Below, in pieces: positions 8,952-17,645 of a stretch of DNA of 64,000 nucleotides. The position numbers and the translations under genes were made by a program. The notes under the pieces are model-generated. The model was given only the letters and a program-made list of their open reading frames with translations. It was not told the DNA's origin and did no database searches. Origin of the DNA: Candidatus Xenobia bacterium (GTDB lineage Bacteria; Vulcanimicrobiota; CADAWZ01); the NCBI GenBank assembly GCA_031551355.1, contig JAVBNT010000003.1, positions 1,520-65,519 of the forward strand. The letters are read 5' to 3'. Each line of letters begins with the position of its first letter. The first letter of the stretch is position 1.

Positions 8952-10271
8952 AAGGATGCGCCCCCAGTGGGGAGATACTTGTATCTCCTCTCCGGAAAAA
9001 TTTTCCCCGTTCAGCAGATCATAAAACTTCCCGCCGTATCCAGGCAGCTTCACGGCAGCTTCCTGATCGGCTGTATTGATAACAACAGTAATTTTTTCAT
9101 TTCCCAATGCTCTTTCAAAGGCAAACTGCTGCTCATACGTTACCAAAATCTGTTTATAGCTGCCTTTGGACAATACCTTATTTTCATTTCTGATCGCCGA
9201 CAGCTTTTTGATCACGTCTTTTAAATGCATTTCCGAACCGCTGATATTATGCAAGTCAAGATACGGCCTGAGCTGGCGGTCGGAGTCGCCGCCTTTTATT
9301 CCTTTTATCCCCCATTCGCTGCCGTAATATATAGACGGTATCCCGGGAACCGTATACAGAAGCAAATAAATTGTATACAGATCATGCGGATTGCCGGCAA
9401 TGCTTGCCAGCCTGCTCTGATCGTGGTTATCTACAAAATTATACGGCAAAAAATTTCTGTAAATACCGCCATCGGCGGCGAACTGCCTGTTCAGGGAATA
9501 AGCTACCTCAAATAAATTCCTGTCATTATGGCTGGAATACAAACCTTTATATAATTCATAGTTGGTCACGGAATGCAGCAGCTCTCCGTTTGCCCAGCGG
9601 CTGTAATCTCCATGCACCACCTCACCCATTAGCCAAAAATCGGCTTGAAAATCCGTCGTTCTCCATCTGAGTTCCTTCATAAAATCGAAATCGAGGCAAT
9701 CCGCGGCATCAAGCCGCAAACCGTCAATATTAAAAAATTCCAGCCAATACTTAACGGCGGCAAACAGATATTCTCTGAGCGAAGGATTGCGCAAATTAAA
9801 CTTTACCAGTTCATAATATCCGTTCCAGGTATCGTATGTAAAAGGATCTCCCAACGGACTGCGCCGGGAGAAATCAACACCGGAAAACCAGGAACAGTAT
9901 TCGGAATGTTCACCGCGCTCACAGACATTCCTAAATGCAAAAAAGTCTCTGCCGCAATGATTAAATACACCGTCAAGAACAACACGGATATCATTTGCAT
10001 GCAACAAATCAATCAACTCTTTAAATCCGTCATTGTCACCGATACGGTTGTCGATCTGAAAATAATCGGTTGTGTCATAACCATGAGTTTTTGCTTTAAA
10101 AACCGGACCGAAATAAACGGCATTACACCCCATTTCCTTTATATGAGAGACCCACTTCCCTATTTCCCCCAGACGGTTTTCCACGGCAGCATAATTATTT
10201 TCAAACGAAGCATGACACAGACCCAACGGATAAATATGATAAAAATTTGCCTCCCGATACCAATAATCCAT
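8940..10271 (-). CDS. GH13 alpha-amylase family glycoside hydrolase (neopullulanase/cyclomaltodextrinase-like, no signal peptide)
   Basis: All four GH13 regions are present: DGVFNH, GLRLDAADC, LMGEVVH, FVDNHDQ. Confidence 0.85.
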   Translation of the reverse strand: MDYWYREANFYHIYPLGLCHASFENNYAAVENRLGEIGKWVSHIKEMGCNAVYFGPVFKAKTHGYDTTDYFQIDNRIGDNDGFKELIDLLHANDIRVVLDGVFNHCGRDFFAFRNVCERGEHSEYCSWFSGVDFSRRSPLGDPFTYDTWNGYYELVKFNLRNPSLREYLFAAVKYWLEFFNIDGLRLDAADCLDFDFMKELRWRTTDFQADFWLMGEVVHGDYSRWANGELLHSVTNYELYKGLYSSHNDRNLFEVAYSLNRQFAADGGIYRNFLPYNFVDNHDQSRLASIAGNPHDLYTIYLLLYTVPGIPSIYYGSEWGIKGIKGGDSDRQLRPYLDLHNISGSEMHLKDVIKKLSAIRNENKVLSKGSYKQILVTYEQQFAFERALGNEKITVVINTADQEAAVKLPGYGGKFYDLLNGENFSGEEIQVSPHWGRILKIN

Positions 10272-10286
10272 AATCTTTATCCTTTT

Positions 10287-10310
10287 TATATACCTACCGA
10301 TAGGTATATA
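10287..10310. promoter_or_regulatory. Palindrome TATATACCTA-CCGA-TAGGTATATA just upstream of the amylase start
   Basis: Arms of 8-10 bp are exact reverse complements. It shares the TATACC/GGTATA half-sites with the palindrome in front of the TetR gene (11395-11410). Confidence 0.4.
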
Positions 10311-10462
10311 AATGTTTATTTTTTAGGGAATTAAAATAAAAGTTTAATTCCCTCATTATGCCAGATATAAAAACTATACGTCATTGCGGCTTCCGAGCCG
10401 CGATCTCAGATGTTCCCGGCATCCCGCCGGAAGATGGGCGGGCGAATATTCAAGTTGACTTA

Positions 10463-10646
10463 GCGGAAACCACCCCGCCGCTCCGCGGCACCCCTCCAAA
10501 GGAGAGGAATTCATTAAAATCTTAATCAATTCAAACCGGCGGAGATGTTAAGTCAAAGACAAATTCTACGAGCTAGACGTAGTCTTATCTACGTCTAGCG
10601 AGAGAATTTGTCTGCAACGACGCAGCTTCGCCGGTTTCAATTGATT
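10463..10646. repeat. Family A element, complete unit (head + hairpin)
   Basis: Colinear with the units at 34708-35047 and with 8533-8606 plus 8825-8951. Confidence 0.85.
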
Positions 10647-10653
10647 CCAAAAA

Positions 10654-10770
10654 GGCAGTCAATTGGGTCTGAAGGCTAAGGCAAATTAGATTTCGACGAG
10701 TGAGGCGTAGCGGGACTACGCCGGAATGAGCGATATCTAATTTGACAACGCATGCGGGCACAATTCACTG
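10654..10770. repeat. Family B palindromic element
   Basis: GGCAGTCAATTGGGTCTGAAGGCTAAGGCAAATTAGATTTCGACGAG...CTACGCCGGAATGAGCGATATCTAATTTGACAACGCATGCGGGCACAATTCACTG. Copies at 14319-14708 (interrupted), 40166-40284 and a fragment at 8627-8690. It ends 9 nt from the TetR stop codon. Confidence 0.8.
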
Positions 10771-10778
10771 TCTTTTCA

Positions 10779-11384
10779 TTAGGAGTGGATGCCATGCATA
10801 AATTGTTTTACCACTCTCATTGCCAAATCTTCCTCCAAAGAAGCACTGTCAAAATTATTATAGTAAAGTCCGATAAAAGAATTTATCATCCCCAAAAAGG
10901 TCCAGGCAAAGATCGTTTCCTTTCCCTGCATGTTCGTATGCACAGCGGAAAAACTTTTAAACATTCCATGCACAACCTCATACTGTCTGAAATGATATTT
11001 CTTCACAATATGGTATACCGGTGATGAATCCGGCATAAACAGATTGGACAGCACCATTCTGTAAAATAATTCATTTTCTCTGGCAAATTCAAAATATTTA
11101 GAGGCAAGCCTTGTGAGAACAAGATGAACGTCATCAAAATAAGATGACGGATTTGGCAGATATTGACCGGCGAAGGCAGCCATTTGCTCAAGCATTCCGT
11201 AATAACCGGCAATCAGCTGCTCATAAAGGCCTTCCTTGCTGCCAAAATAATAATACAGAGTAGGTTTGGTAATACCGGCGGCATTTACAAGCTCCTGAAC
11301 GGAAACGGCCTCATAGCCTTTTGCCGAAAAAAGCTCCAATGCACACTTGAGTATATTTTCTTTCACCGAGGGATTCACAGTCAT
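10779..11384 (-). CDS. TetR/AcrR family transcriptional regulator
   Basis: N-terminal HTH: ILKCALELFSAKGYEAVSVQELVNAAGITKPTLYYYFGSKEGLY. ATG at 11384 is preferred over the track start at 11420, which would cover the operator-like palindrome. Confidence 0.85.
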   Translation of the reverse strand: MTVNPSVKENILKCALELFSAKGYEAVSVQELVNAAGITKPTLYYYFGSKEGLYEQLIAGYYGMLEQMAAFAGQYLPNPSSYFDDVHLVLTRLASKYFEFARENELFYRMVLSNLFMPDSSPVYHIVKKYHFRQYEVVHGMFKSFSAVHTNMQGKETIFAWTFLGMINSFIGLYYNNFDSASLEEDLAMRVVKQFMHGIHS

Positions 11385-11394
11385 AAAACAATTA

Positions 11395-11410
11395 TATACC
11401 GATCGGTATA
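11395..11410. promoter_or_regulatory. Perfect 16-bp palindrome TATACCGATCGGTATA, candidate TetR operator
   Basis: Exact reverse-complement symmetry, 11 nt upstream of the TetR ATG, in the 60-nt gap between tldE and tetR. Confidence 0.5.
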
Positions 11411-11441
11411 CAGTTGTCAAATACTTTTATTTTTCAATCTT

Positions 11442-12680
11442 TTAAACGTTTGTTTCAACATTCATATTGACAATCAGATAACCGTAAAGGTCACCGGAAT
11501 AAAGACCCTCTGCAATAACACCGACAAAATCTTTACCAAACATATCATACAGATTCGAACTTATTGTCAGCTCCGGCAAACGCCCGATAATATTCTCACC
11601 GTCAAAAAGGAACGACGACTGAACCGGAGCGGCAAAATTACCTTCAGAAGTGAAGCCGCCGCCCTGAGAGATATCAATAAGCACAGCTTCCTGTCCGGCA
11701 AGAAGCTCTGACATACTTCGTGGCGAAGGCTCTGCATATAGAGCCGGAAAGCCTATATCCGGAACCTGATCATAAGCGAAAGACGCAGAAGAGGTTCGCG
11801 GATAGTCATATTTAAGGGCGGTCATTTTATCGGTATACGGGTATTTTATAACGCCCTTGTCGATCAGAACAAACTTATCATTTTCAAGAACCGTTCCTTC
11901 TCCGTCAAAAAAAGGAATGTACTGGATTGCGGAATTTCTGTTTATTGAAAGGGAAAAATTACTGCTGAACAGTTGTTCTCCGATTTTATCGGAAAATATC
12001 GAGGCTTTTTCGGCAACGTTTATACCGTGTAAATCAAAAAACTTACCAAAAATTTTGCAGTCAGGCCCTGACTTAAATACAACAGGAATTTTTGTTTTTG
12101 TAGATACACTCACTTGATTATCATAAGCTCCGCATAAATCCGAGACCATTTTCAACCATCCATCTTTATCATATCTTCTTGATTTGTAAACTACCGACAT
12201 ATCAAAAATATTTGTAGATCGGTTATGGTTCAGCAGCAAATCCGAGGATACGTAAGCATCTCTGTAAACAAGTTCAGCCCCACCACTATTGCCGATTGAT
12301 ATTTCCACATCCTGAAAGATGATATTGCCGAAGCCACAGGAAAAAGAAGATTGCGTATCCAGAAGATTTATTATCTCCGAAGCACCTTCAATAAGTTCAT
12401 CATAAGAAACTTTACACTCGCTTGAAAAATCCTCAGCCCTTTTTAGCCCGGCAGCAGGCATGGCTGTATAAAAAATATTATGCTTAAACATACTCTCGGC
12501 CCTGGATACCAGTTCCTTTTTATCATAACTGCCGATTGCCGAAGCAATGCCAATATTGCTGCCGTCATAAAGACGCAAGCCGGTCTTTACGGAAGAAGAT
12601 TTCAGAATATTTTTCATCTTACCGCTTACGATATTAATCTTAAACTTATCATTTCTATGAGTAACCCATTCCTCAACCAT
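11442..12680 (-). CDS. TldE/PmbA family metalloprotease subunit
   Basis: About 410 aa with the TldD/PmbA fold signature by eye (C-terminal GG..T.G.F...V...F....G). It lacks the HExxxH motif and lies immediately downstream of tldD, the usual pairing. Confidence 0.7.
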   Translation of the reverse strand: MVEEWVTHRNDKFKINIVSGKMKNILKSSSVKTGLRLYDGSNIGIASAIGSYDKKELVSRAESMFKHNIFYTAMPAAGLKRAEDFSSECKVSYDELIEGASEIINLLDTQSSFSCGFGNIIFQDVEISIGNSGGAELVYRDAYVSSDLLLNHNRSTNIFDMSVVYKSRRYDKDGWLKMVSDLCGAYDNQVSVSTKTKIPVVFKSGPDCKIFGKFFDLHGINVAEKASIFSDKIGEQLFSSNFSLSINRNSAIQYIPFFDGEGTVLENDKFVLIDKGVIKYPYTDKMTALKYDYPRTSSASFAYDQVPDIGFPALYAEPSPRSMSELLAGQEAVLIDISQGGGFTSEGNFAAPVQSSFLFDGENIIGRLPELTISSNLYDMFGKDFVGVIAEGLYSGDLYGYLIVNMNVETNV

Positions 12681-12687
12681 AAAAACC

Positions 12688-14022
12688 TCACTTTACGGAT
12701 AAATTCCTTACTCTTACATACGGACCGCCTTCACCGATGGGAAGCGGCATCTGTTCTATCTTGCCACAGCCGATGATGGAATATAATTTAACCTCGTCCG
12801 ATATCCCGTCAATATCCGATAAAGCACGCGACACATTGCCGAAAATTACGGAAACCTTTACCGGCCTTGTTATACACCCGTTTTCTATATAATAAGCAAG
12901 AATCGGGGAAAAAGAAAAGGTGGACAATCCCGAACCAGCTCCACACTGCTTCAAAAATATCCCTTTTCCCACACCGGCAGCAAGTTCTTCAAACGTTTGC
13001 GTTCCTTTATCAATATAAGTAGTAGTCATTCTGACAATCGGTTCAAATTCATAACTTAAAGCTCTGGCATTGCCGGTCGGAATCTCATTCCTTTCTAAAG
13101 CAGTAGAAACCGTATGCATCTTTCCAGCAAGAATGCCGTTTTTAATCAGATAATTTTTCTTCGCTTTTATGCCCTCATCATCATATGGAGTATATCCAAA
13201 TGATTCAACGGAACCGTCATCAATAATTGATAGATTTGCAGGGGCAATCTTTTTACCGGCCGCCCACTCCTCTTCCGATACTTCATTGGCCGAACCTAAA
13301 TCAGCCTCACTCTTATGGCCAAAACACTCATGGGCGAAAATACCGGCGGCATCAGGAGCAAAAATAACCGTATAAGTTCCCGGTTCAACCGGTTCGGAGT
13401 TCAGCATACTTTCAACACATTCGTCAATATATGACGATAATGAATTCTCGTAATCAGCAATTTCATTAAATGCTTTGCCGCTTTTTGTATAATATCCAAA
13501 CGATTTTTTTTTGCCCTCAGCCAGATTCAGACGCGTTTGCAGCATGCAATACTGCTTATCATATTTTATATCCGCACCTTTACTGTTATAAAATTCCTTC
13601 ACAATATGATTATCAAGATAACTGGGACGGAATATTTTCAGATACTTATTTTCTTCCAATAAGGGAATTTGCTTCTTCACCAAAGCAAGCTTATCATCAA
13701 GATTAATTTTAGAGACGTCGGATTCAGAGAACTTCATCACTGTGTCACGGGAGGAACTGAAGAGATTATGGATCGGAAGTTTTGTTACATCCGTTTTGAC
13801 GGAGACAAGACTTGCCAGCGATTCAATTTCCTGTTGGAGATTATTGATATCGGTTGTATTGGCGCACCAAAAACGGCTGCCGTCAAAAACACGGATAAAT
13901 GCCGCACTGTAACTTTTTACGATGCAATTCTTCAGTCCGGCATTCCGAAACATTATCTCAGCAGAATTTATATGTTCAATGCGAACATCGGTATAAAGTC
14001 CCTCAGGAAATGTATATTTCAT
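12688..14022 (-). CDS. tldD: TldD family zinc metalloprotease
   Basis: 444 aa. HECFGH (the HExxxH motif of TldD) in GIFAHECFGHKSEADL. SD AAGGAG upstream. Confidence 0.8.
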   Translation of the reverse strand: MKYTFPEGLYTDVRIEHINSAEIMFRNAGLKNCIVKSYSAAFIRVFDGSRFWCANTTDINNLQQEIESLASLVSVKTDVTKLPIHNLFSSSRDTVMKFSESDVSKINLDDKLALVKKQIPLLEENKYLKIFRPSYLDNHIVKEFYNSKGADIKYDKQYCMLQTRLNLAEGKKKSFGYYTKSGKAFNEIADYENSLSSYIDECVESMLNSEPVEPGTYTVIFAPDAAGIFAHECFGHKSEADLGSANEVSEEEWAAGKKIAPANLSIIDDGSVESFGYTPYDDEGIKAKKNYLIKNGILAGKMHTVSTALERNEIPTGNARALSYEFEPIVRMTTTYIDKGTQTFEELAAGVGKGIFLKQCGAGSGLSTFSFSPILAYYIENGCITRPVKVSVIFGNVSRALSDIDGISDEVKLYSIIGCGKIEQMPLPIGEGGPYVRVRNLSVK

Positions 14023-14318
14023 TTTTACTCCTTATGCAATTCGACCTTTCTCTAAAATACGGACGACTCCAACTTATTGAATTATAAAAATATCAAAACA
14101 TGTAATCTTTTTATTTAGAGCAACTTGTAAAAATGTAGACAATACTTTACAAATATGCCGTGACCATTATCAAATTTATTACACCTACGGATATTGCCGG
14201 ATGGCTTTTACCTGATTGACATAGGCTATGTTAAATCAAGTTGATCTAAAAACTTATCTTTCAAATATTTCAAATCCTTTTAATATGACAAAAACAGCAG
14301 GAATCAACCGATAGTACT

Positions 14319-14708
14319 GAGGCACTCAATTGCGTCTATAGGCTAAGACAAATTAGATTTCAACGCGTGGACTCAATGTCATTAAGTTAGTGTTTTTCAT
14401 TGTCGATTCTGATATCTTTTGGATGTTAACGGAGTCCCTCACAGAGGGCACAGAGGCCACGGAGAATAAATACTAGTATAGCATAAATTAAATAACTGGA
14501 TAAATATTGATTTGAATTACAGAATGGACGAGATTAAAATTGAGGCCAATGAGAGTCCAGTTATTTAGTTAACTATATACTAGGTAAAACTCTCTGTGTT
14601 CTCATCTTCTCTGTAAGAAACCCTTTTCTCTTAACTTAATGCATTGAGCTGACTACGCCGGAATGAGGGAATATCTAATTTGACGACGCATATAGGCGCA
14701 ATTCAGTG
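14319..14708. mobile_element. Family B element carrying nested insertions (three levels)
   Basis: The B left half (14319-14371) and B right half (14649-14708) are separated by a 277-bp element with terminal inverted repeats CTCAATGTCATTAAGTTAG / CTTAACTTAATGCATTGAG (14372-14648). That insert itself contains another inverted-repeat element (ctagtatagcataaattaaataactgga ... tccagttatttagttaactatatactag). Confidence 0.75.
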
Positions 14709-14710
14709 TC

Positions 14711-16252
14711 TCATTCCACGAGGCAGAACTTATCATCTAACCCCAACTCACGGCCCATATCACCCATAAGCCATTCAAGAACAGTCTTGCAATGCGTGCA
14801 GAAAGCCAAATCAAGAGCAAACATATCACCCTGCTTGACAAACGCCTCATCAGCACAGCCGCCTCCGCAAATAGATAACCCGACACAGTCATAACATTCC
14901 GGCATTTGAAGTGGGGTTCTGCGGCACCAATCACTCGAAAGCTCGCTTTTAAGAATCTTTTGCTTTAAATCAGGTTCGTCAATATGTCCCCAGACAAAAC
15001 GTCCGTCATCTGCGGCGATATGGCAGGGGCCGACAAGACCGTCGGCACAGAGCGCAAACTGCCCTCCGTATCCTCCGCAATCATAAATCCATGGTGTTTC
15101 ATTTATAAAAGACTTAACTTTTCTCATTATACGGTCTTCGTAAATACCGCATTTGCGAAGAATTTTGTAAGCGTCGATAATTTTATGAGTCACTTCGTCC
15201 GCTGGGAGTTCGATACCGGAATCAGGCGGAAGTCCCTTCATTATATTAAATCCGAATCCTGTGCATTCAAGCTTAAAAACGAAATACTCAACAATGGATT
15301 CGATATCTTTATAATTATGCGGACCAAGCGTGCAGGAAATACCTACCCGGCCCAGCCTGTTTTTCAAAATAGCATAGCCCCTGAGCGCATCGTCAAACGA
15401 TCCGCTGCCGTCGGCATAAAGCCTGACGGCATTGTGATGGTGTTTCAGGCCGTCAATAGAAATTGAGCCGCCCATTCGCAAATCAAACAAATCTTTGGCA
15501 ATATCGTCAGTAATAAGGGTTCCGTTGCAGACCATGGAAACATCAACCGAAGAGTCTCCAAAAGCGCCTTCTTCTTCCACCTTACGGATATATTCAAGAG
15601 AATTTTTCATAACAGCCCAATTAAGCATCGGTTCTCCGCCGTAATATGTAATCAGCGGGTTCAACATGCGCTTGTTTACCATTGACGCAAAAAGATCTAT
15701 TCCCTTTTTTGCCGAATCCTCATCCATCATGCTGTAATTAAATCCCGACGGCTTACGGCATTCACTCTCTATAGTGCAATACTTACAGCGTAGGTTGCAG
15801 TTGTTGGTTATCAGCAAATACATAAGTCCGATAGTGGGATGGTTAAACGTTATTCTAGCTCTATATGAATCAAGTATAGAATCTTTGGTCTCGTTTTCGC
15901 CAACAAGAAACCCGCATTCAATCAAAGTAAAAAGATCTTTCCATGGATCACGTCCTTCCGTAGACGATGACAGAATGGTAAAATAGTCCTGAAGAGGATG
16001 CGGTTCTGCAGCCATTCGGTAAATTTTTTCAATTTCATTGCCGCCAAAAACTTTTTTTATATTAAGAGAATTATAAAGGGCGCAGTTATTTTTCGATTTA
16101 AAAAGGAACGCAAAAGGAGATCTTTTATAAATAGGCTTTAAGGTTGGAAATGAGCGCAAAACCGGCTCTCTGTAAAGCCAGGAATCAACTCCGGCAACAT
16201 CTTTTTGCATTTCGGGTGTAACAGGGGAAAAATGCTGCTCATATTTACTCAT
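14711..16252 (-). CDS. Radical SAM / SPASM-domain enzyme with ~140-aa N-terminal extension
   Basis: CNLRCKYC (CX3CX2C) preceded by IGLMYLLITNN. C-terminal Cys clusters CGGYGGQFALCADGLVGPC and CYDCVGLSICGGGCADEAF are typical of SPASM/twitch auxiliary clusters. ATGA overlap with the upstream gene. Confidence 0.85.
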   Translation of the reverse strand: MSKYEQHFSPVTPEMQKDVAGVDSWLYREPVLRSFPTLKPIYKRSPFAFLFKSKNNCALYNSLNIKKVFGGNEIEKIYRMAAEPHPLQDYFTILSSSTEGRDPWKDLFTLIECGFLVGENETKDSILDSYRARITFNHPTIGLMYLLITNNCNLRCKYCTIESECRKPSGFNYSMMDEDSAKKGIDLFASMVNKRMLNPLITYYGGEPMLNWAVMKNSLEYIRKVEEEGAFGDSSVDVSMVCNGTLITDDIAKDLFDLRMGGSISIDGLKHHHNAVRLYADGSGSFDDALRGYAILKNRLGRVGISCTLGPHNYKDIESIVEYFVFKLECTGFGFNIMKGLPPDSGIELPADEVTHKIIDAYKILRKCGIYEDRIMRKVKSFINETPWIYDCGGYGGQFALCADGLVGPCHIAADDGRFVWGHIDEPDLKQKILKSELSSDWCRRTPLQMPECYDCVGLSICGGGCADEAFVKQGDMFALDLAFCTHCKTVLEWLMGDMGRELGLDDKFCLVE

Positions 16253-17541
16253 AACTGCCTATTCCTTTCCGCAATGTCCGCAAGCACATTGAACACTAAT
16301 TTATTTATAAAGCGGCATACTTTTATATCGGGCTCATTTTCATTTTTTGCCCGGCATTTTACACATATACCATAGGCCGGACATAAAAAGCACTCCTTTT
16401 TTCCGTAAAATTCCTCTGAATCGCCGATTAAAAACGGGCAGGAATGATTATTCCCGCAAGCTTTTATAAATATTGAGTGCCTATTTAAATTACACAGATT
16501 GCCAATGAATTCTTCACGTGTAAGACAAAATATTTTTTGCCCCCAGACAAGCTCCCTTATATGTTCCTGCCTCAGCATAGAAAAAATATTATAGTAATCA
16601 TCAGCAAGCTGCTCAGGGTTTTCAAATATCTGAGGAAGCTGCAGCCTGACAGCATCTCCTAGCAATTCAGGAGATTTTTCAATAATATGCGGCAAATGCG
16701 AAATCCAAAAATCAGACAATTCAAAAACCGGAATAAATGCACTCTCCGGCATTTTATTACGGTAAAGAACCAGCTCCGGTAAAAAATCATCATCATCGAC
16801 AAAAACAATGATCTCCGACGGATTCAACGTTTCCAGAATACTGCCAAGGCCGCTTAATACACCGGCTCTGACGATAAAAATAATTCTTCCCGACCTTGAG
16901 GTTACGAGCTCACGGATATCCCTCATTGCAACGCCGTCGCAGGGCTGAGGACAGGCATCAAGACTGACGACAAGGCTCTGATAATTTTCATTGCTCTTAA
17001 GCTCACTTAGCAAAGAAGAAAATGAAAATGTTTCCGAAGGACCTGAAGGTTTAAAATAGAAGTCACAAAACGGCAAAAAAGCGCCGCATGCAGCCATCAA
17101 AACAAACTCACTCCCGCAGGAAAGATGTCTATTGGCAGCCGTCTCTTTCAAGTCAGGCTGCTGCTCCAAAAAGGTCTGCGGCAAAATCTTTTTAGCTTTG
17201 GCCGAATCTTCGGGAAGAATAAAATAGTTCTCGGTAAGAAATTTTATAACATCGGAATACCCGCCTAATGAAGAAGACAGACGGCGCAATTCACTATATG
17301 TAAATGGACGGCGGCTTAAAGCTTGCCAGAACTCAGCCAGTGCTGCAGTCCCTACTACTTTTTTCATGGATGTGTTATGAAAAAGCAAATTCAGTTCTTC
17401 AAAAAAAGTAACATGCGGCGACACAAACGCATGCGAATCCGCATTCAAAAAAGACAGCCATACCTTAGCTGAGGATTCATCAAATAACTCTATCTGATCT
17501 GCCAGCTCAAGCCTTTGCTGTAATGACGGTTCAACAACCAT
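16249..17541 (-). CDS. Uncharacterised 430-aa protein with Cys-rich C-terminus (SPASM-like), no canonical CX3CX2C
   Basis: The C-terminus is CGNNHSCPFLIGDSEEFYGKKECFLCPAYGICVKCRAKNENEPDIKVCRF. Only a degenerate ACPQPCDG sits where a radical SAM motif would be. The N-terminal segment resembles a PqqD/RRE-like winged helix by eye. Translationally coupled to the radical SAM gene. Confidence 0.6.
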   Translation of the reverse strand: MVVEPSLQQRLELADQIELFDESSAKVWLSFLNADSHAFVSPHVTFFEELNLLFHNTSMKKVVGTAALAEFWQALSRRPFTYSELRRLSSSLGGYSDVIKFLTENYFILPEDSAKAKKILPQTFLEQQPDLKETAANRHLSCGSEFVLMAACGAFLPFCDFYFKPSGPSETFSFSSLLSELKSNENYQSLVVSLDACPQPCDGVAMRDIRELVTSRSGRIIFIVRAGVLSGLGSILETLNPSEIIVFVDDDDFLPELVLYRNKMPESAFIPVFELSDFWISHLPHIIEKSPELLGDAVRLQLPQIFENPEQLADDYYNIFSMLRQEHIRELVWGQKIFCLTREEFIGNLCNLNRHSIFIKACGNNHSCPFLIGDSEEFYGKKECFLCPAYGICVKCRAKNENEPDIKVCRFINKLVFNVLADIAERNRQL

Positions 17542-17645
17542 TTTTTCAACCTTCCCAATAACAAATATTTAAAATAAAACAGTAACGGCAGGCACAAGGA
17601 ATAAATCCCGGCACCTACCGATCTGCGTAAAATAAATAACTATTA

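Noticed and set aside
8833-9024. Track ORFs lying inside repeats: 8833-9024, 30194-30463, 30330-30515, 34245-34493, 29634-29867, 1019-1261, 1398-1604.
   Set aside because: They are translations of palindromic/MITE DNA (for example ...LSQRQILRARRS... recurs wherever the element occurs). They lack SD sequences and overlap element boundaries.
9645-10334. Long antisense ORFs opposite real genes: 9645-10334, 11163-11711, 28397-28858, 28540-28959, 30735-31178, 35802-36212, 59356-59796, 61621-62277.
   Set aside because: Each is a shadow frame of a gene with clear family motifs on the other strand. Their products are low-complexity with no motifs.
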